IMG/VR virus record: IMGVR_UViG_3300046167_000369
Coordinates: 1-57,312 of that record
Reading direction: 5' to 3' (one strand)
Source: a virus
Taxonomy: Duplodnaviria; Caudoviricetes
Length of the DNA stretch: 57,312 nucleotides
This document shows, in pieces, positions 53,335 to 57,312 of this stretch. The notes beneath the pieces were generated by a model. It was given only the letters and a program-made list of their open reading frames with translations, did not search any database and had not been told where the DNA came from. Positions within the stretch are counted from its first letter, which is position 1. Each line of letters begins with the position of its first letter. A program made the position numbers and the translations under genes.

Positions 53335-53898
53335 TCATAAAATCATAGTTATTTGATGATCAAACATCCTGTAAAGCTTTTCCCCATCAACGGTGAACTC
53401 ATACTCACTGTCCGGTTGAAACGTAATTCTATCTCCATTCTTTACTCCCTTGTCGATTAGGTAGCTATTCGCATACTTCATCTTGCCAACCAATGGCTCC
53501 TCGCTAAGTGGTTTAAATATATAGGAGTCTTCTACGTCAACAGGCTCAACGAAGCAGTATCTCTTTACTGGTGTCCACTGCCCATCTCTCTTATACATAT
53601 AGTACTGTTCCTCATCTATAAAGAACAAGTCATCCTTAAAGAAACTCTTACCGCTTCTTTGCTTGCCCTTCATATCATAGTAATACTTAAATACATTGTG
53701 ATGAACTAGAAGTATGTCTCCAACCTTTATAGGTCCTTTATACCCCAGTGGTGTCTCTACTACCTCAGCTTCTCTGTTAGAGAACTTAAAGTCTTCCTGA
53801 GATGTGCTAGTGATTATATCCAATCCTGCAATCTCTTTTGTGTTGTTATACCTTCTACCCTTTACAGGCTTTGCTATAAACGAAAATGGTGATTTCAT
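53335..53898 (-). CDS. Tandem GroES-like protein
   Basis: Two half-repeats: SPFSFIAKP...IKVGDILLV and PVKRYCFVEP...VKNGDRITF...FTVDGEKLYRM. Confidence 0.65.
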   Translation of the reverse strand: MKSPFSFIAKPVKGRRYNNTKEIAGLDIITSTSQEDFKFSNREAEVVETPLGYKGPIKVGDILLVHHNVFKYYYDMKGKQRSGKSFFKDDLFFIDEEQYYMYKRDGQWTPVKRYCFVEPVDVEDSYIFKPLSEEPLVGKMKYANSYLIDKGVKNGDRITFQPDSEYEFTVDGEKLYRMFDHQITMIL

Positions 53899-53906
53899 AA
53901 TTTAAT

Positions 53907-54089
53907 TTATGAGCCACAACCAATACAGTCTATATGTGAATCAGTTGGTTTGACTCCATTTAATTTCATTTTTATGTTGTGGACCTGGTCAGCTAATTCA
54001 ATCTTCTCACCAAAGTCTTCTGTCTTAGACATCTTAGATTCTAAGTCTGCAACCTGCTTTTCAAAGGTTGCTCTTTCATTATCGGTCAT
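53907..54089 (-). CDS. Hypothetical protein, 60 aa, C-terminal CxxC
   Basis: Ends DCIGCGS. Confidence 0.65.
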   Translation of the reverse strand: MTDNERATFEKQVADLESKMSKTEDFGEKIELADQVHNIKMKLNGVKPTDSHIDCIGCGS

Positions 54090-54317
54090 CTATAAAAAAT
54101 TAATGTTGTACTCTATAGATACTGGCATCGTACTCGTGAACTCCTTCCATAGCATTATCCCTTCGTCATTCTCTATATAAATTAGAAATGATTTCTTTAC
54201 TTCTTCGAATTTAATCAAATGAATTGAATAACTACCATTTAAGACAGATTGTCCTACCAAATAATGCATAGCCCCCGACTTATAGTCGGGACCTACAGAT
54301 ATCTTTCTTATGTCCAT
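54090..54317 (-). CDS. Hypothetical protein, 75 aa
   Basis: MDIRKISVGPDYKSGAMHYLVGQ; tightly packed. Confidence 0.7.
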   Translation of the reverse strand: MDIRKISVGPDYKSGAMHYLVGQSVLNGSYSIHLIKFEEVKKSFLIYIENDEGIMLWKEFTSTMPVSIEYNINFL

Positions 54318-54328
54318 TTTATTTTATT

Positions 54329-55392
54329 TTATCCTAGCTTACTTATCGTAATAGCTGCTGATGGAGAGTTACCCCAACTTGTACTTGTGAAGTATGGATA
54401 TAGCCCTCCTGCGTTAACAGTTCCCTCTCTTGCTATCTCGTATGTCAATACAGTTCCAGGAGTAGTAATAGTCAATGGGAAAGCTTGAATCTCAGGAATA
54501 CTAATATTTGTTCTATCAAGTTCTAAAGCAACTGGATACCCAACCTGAACTCCGTCTAGTAATAATCTATATAAGAAAATAGCTACTCCACCGTTAGCAC
54601 CTAATCTATCAACAGACGCATAAGCATTTATAAAGTAAGTTCCTGTCTGGTTAAATGTTATACTTCCAAGTGCATCCATCATAACAGGATCAGATACTGT
54701 ACCCGTAGCGCTACCAAACTTCACTTGAATGGCATTAAGTATTCCTAATCCTGGCTCCTGAGCAGAATACTGACCTGTATTAAGAACCTCAGTTAATGAA
54801 GGAGCAGGAACAGTAATATTTTCCACAATGGATTACCTGTTGCATCTGAACCAAGAAACTTAGTGCCATCGTTTGTTACACTTGCTGAATCAATAAACAC
54901 ACCATTAGCAGTGAACTCATCTGAATAATTAACCCTTCTTACACCTAAAAGTTCTATGCTACTATACGATGCTGAAGTAATAGTCATAGCTGTAGTAGAA
55001 GTATTACCGAAATCTAATACTGACTGTAGGTTTTGTGAATCACTGTCAGTAACCCATAAAGGATTTCCTGTAGCCGTTGAACCGAGAACCTTAGTACCAT
55101 CGTTTGTAACACCTGCTGAATCTACAAATGTCCCATCTACTATAAGAGATGTTGCAACGTCTAATGTTCCAGTGTAAAGATTTGTTATGGTGCTGAATGC
55201 ACTAGCAGTAACATTCATCGCTGTAGTAGAAGTGTTACCAGTATCTAATACAGATTGTAAGTTCTGATCGAAGATAGTCTTTACATCTCCTAACATATAA
55301 TTCTTCGTGATATTGTTATCCGAAACATCCGTCCCTATAACCTTATCAGTAAGTGAAGGTGTTGAGTCTGTCTGATATAAATTTATCTTCAT
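54329..55392 (-). CDS. Fibre-like protein with an internal ~77-aa duplication, one frameshift
   Basis: QNLQSVLDxGNTSTTAM...VTNDGTKxLGSxATGNPLW occurs twice; the two ORFs join near 54825. Confidence 0.65.
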
Positions 55393-55410
55393 TGCTTTAT
55401 CTTTTTGTTT

Positions 55411-55641
55411 TTATTTTTCTTTTTCTTTTATCTCACCGGTTTGAACATCAATCCTTGAATCCTTACCGTACTTATTTGCGAGTACCTTTTCTAGTTCAGA
55501 GTACTCTTCTTTTAACGAATCAATCTTTGCTACTATTGTGTTCTGTGATAGCACAGCATCACCTAACTGCATCTTCAAGTTGTTGAACGTAGTCAACATT
55601 GACTCAATTGATCCTAACTCTTCTTTCGTTACCTTTTTCAT
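55411..55641 (-). CDS. Small coiled-coil protein, 76 aa
   Basis: Heptad pattern; KYGKDSRIDVQTGEI. Confidence 0.7.
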   Translation of the reverse strand: MKKVTKEELGSIESMLTTFNNLKMQLGDAVLSQNTIVAKIDSLKEEYSELEKVLANKYGKDSRIDVQTGEIKEKEK

Positions 55642-55666
55642 TTTGATTTGATTTTATTTGTTTATT

Positions 55667-55882
55667 TTAAACTATTTTCATTTCGTTTATCTTTTCAAGT
55701 ATTGCAAGTTCTATTTGAACAGATAAATATTCTTCAAGAGTTGGTTCGCTATATGGCTTATCATCCATCCAAACCCATCCATCGTGAGGTGTTTTGTTGG
55801 ATTCATTCAATATAGTTCCGTCAGGAAATATGAGTTCGTCAGACTGCATCCACCAATCATTTTCATCTTTTTTGTAAAACAT
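55667..55882 (-). CDS. Hypothetical protein (possible fibre chaperone)
   Basis: Likely start MFYKKDENDWW; follows the fibre gene. Confidence 0.55.
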   Translation of the reverse strand: MFYKKDENDWWMQSDELIFPDGTILNESNKTPHDGWVWMDDKPYSEPTLEEYLSVQIELAILEKINEMKIV

Positions 55883-55899
55883 TTTTTTTAATTTTAATA

Positions 55900-57312
55900 T
55901 TATCCAATTGTCCAATTTTTATTTAATGCAATATCTTTTTGCGCTTGTGTCATATTGTTTTTTACAATATTTGCTACATATATTGTTTGACCTGCTAGTC
56001 CAGTCAAATCCTTCAAGTCATTAAAAACAACAACCATTGCGTCAATATCTAAACTTGTTTGTCTTAAATCAATAGTTATTGGAAATCCTGGTATTCTTAA
56101 ATCCTTTAATGATAAACATTGCGAAAACATATTACTTGTACTGTTACAAACGCTTGCGTCATTAAAATGAACTTTTCTAAGTGAATAGCAGAAGTAAAAC
56201 ATTTCCATTGCAAAAGAAGGTGTTGCATTACCCATAAAATTTATTTCTTCTACTGAGAAGCAATGTTTAAATGCTCGCATTGAGTTATTATTTCCTGTCA
56301 TAGTTATATTCACAGTTCCCCTCAAAGAGTGACAATCTTGTGCGAAAAATGAAATTTCAGGATTGTTAGGAGGCAGTGAAGATATTAAATTTACATCACC
56401 AATTGTTTCAAGTGATCCGCAATACTGATAACGGAATGCACCCAATGCCGTTCCTGTATATGTTCCTGCAGTTTTTAAACTCGTTAAATATGTATAATTA
56501 GAGTTTTGAGGATTTGAATAAACCGCATTTGGTTGCAAGGTTATATTCGGCAAACTTTCAATACTAAGGGTAGATATTTGTCCACCATATGCTTGATTAT
56601 CAAGAGGCAGATTGGTAGTTCGTAGATTCGGGGCAACATTATTAAGCAACTGATCAACTCTTATCCCAAATATTGGAGTTGTTGTGAAGTTTATACGCTC
56701 GCACAAAACTTGCTTTGCAGTAGTTATATTATAAACATTCGTACTTGCAGGATAATTTATTTCAATATCTAAAGCGGAATGTGATGAATATGAAACTCCA
56801 CTTGGATTGTAACAATATCCAATGTTTCCACTTTGACTTGTACCCGTTGATGTTACCTGAACCATTGCTTGACGATATGTAACACCGTCTTGCACAAATT
56901 CAGTTGATGCAGACAATGTGTTAAAATCATATTCGTGTGTTAGGTAAACGTTGCTTCCAATGCTTAAAACGTTACCGTCACCCCAATCGACACTTCCTGC
57001 TCTATTCCAAATGACGGCAGTACTACCTCCCGTTGTTTGAGATACTGCAACCAACTGATTCATTGAAAAATCACTTGGGTTAATTGTAGGCATAGGCAAC
57101 CAATTAGGGTTTCGTGTCCATTGCCCTGGAGATGCACAAGCAGTTGCTACAAATGGTGTCTGCGCAGGTGTTACAACAACTGAGCCATCACTGTCAACAT
57201 TATTAATGTCAGGAAGATTTAGTGTTCCTCCTGCTGCTACGTCAACGTCATATGTTCCGTCACTGTTTACAACGTTTGCATCGTCACAAGGTTCTGATCC
57301 ATTTGGTCCTGA
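55900..57312 (-). CDS. Fibre / receptor-binding protein with BspA-like LRRs, 5' truncated
   Basis: Frame is open to the window end; F.xCxSL repeats (AQDCHSL, FKHCFSV, FYFCYSL, FSQCLSL). Confidence 0.7.
   Translation of the reverse strand, partial: SGPNGSEPCDDANVVNSDGTYDVDVAAGGTLNLPDINNVDSDGSVVVTPAQTPFVATACASPGQWTRNPNWLPMPTINPSDFSMNQLVAVSQTTGGSTAVIWNRAGSVDWGDGNVLSIGSNVYLTHEYDFNTLSASTEFVQDGVTYRQAMVQVTSTGTSQSGNIGYCYNPSGVSYSSHSALDIEINYPASTNVYNITTAKQVLCERINFTTTPIFGIRVDQLLNNVAPNLRTTNLPLDNQAYGGQISTLSIESLPNITLQPNAVYSNPQNSNYTYLTSLKTAGTYTGTALGAFRYQYCGSLETIGDVNLISSLPPNNPEISFFAQDCHSLRGTVNITMTGNNNSMRAFKHCFSVEEINFMGNATPSFAMEMFYFCYSLRKVHFNDASVCNSTSNMFSQCLSLKDLRIPGFPITIDLRQTSLDIDAMVVVFNDLKDLTGLAGQTIYVANIVKNNMTQAQKDIALNKNWTIG

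Overview
A near-complete (~57 kb) genome of a tailed dsDNA phage, probably podovirus-like and lytic (no integrase, DNA polymerase or RNA polymerase seen). The host is most likely Bacteroidota/Flavobacteriia, judged by about 16 TAnnTTTG (-7 box) promoters placed just before gene starts and by A-rich leaders with no Shine-Dalgarno sequence. The + strand arm (9.1-25.1 kb) carries early genes and recombination/replication genes: SSAP, exonuclease, SSB, primase-helicase, SF2 helicase, VRR-NUC and two DnaA-domain-IV-like proteins. The - strand arm carries terminase, portal, scaffold, major capsid, tail, ejection/giant polyvalent proteins and fibres, plus a lysis cassette, a cluster of tiny basic proteins and GroEL/GroES. 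Many essential genes are split by single-base indels that look like sequencing errors. The most unusual features are: (1) an array of early genes, each separated by an identical 25-bp hairpin repeat, with signs of cassette shuffling; (2) two diverged copies of an oriC-like element (DnaA-box-like iterons, IHF-type site, AT-rich tract); (3) a candidate ~110-nt antisense sRNA bounded by a promoter and a terminator; (4) a gene flanked by 22-bp direct repeats. All product calls come from reading motifs by eye; no database searches were run.
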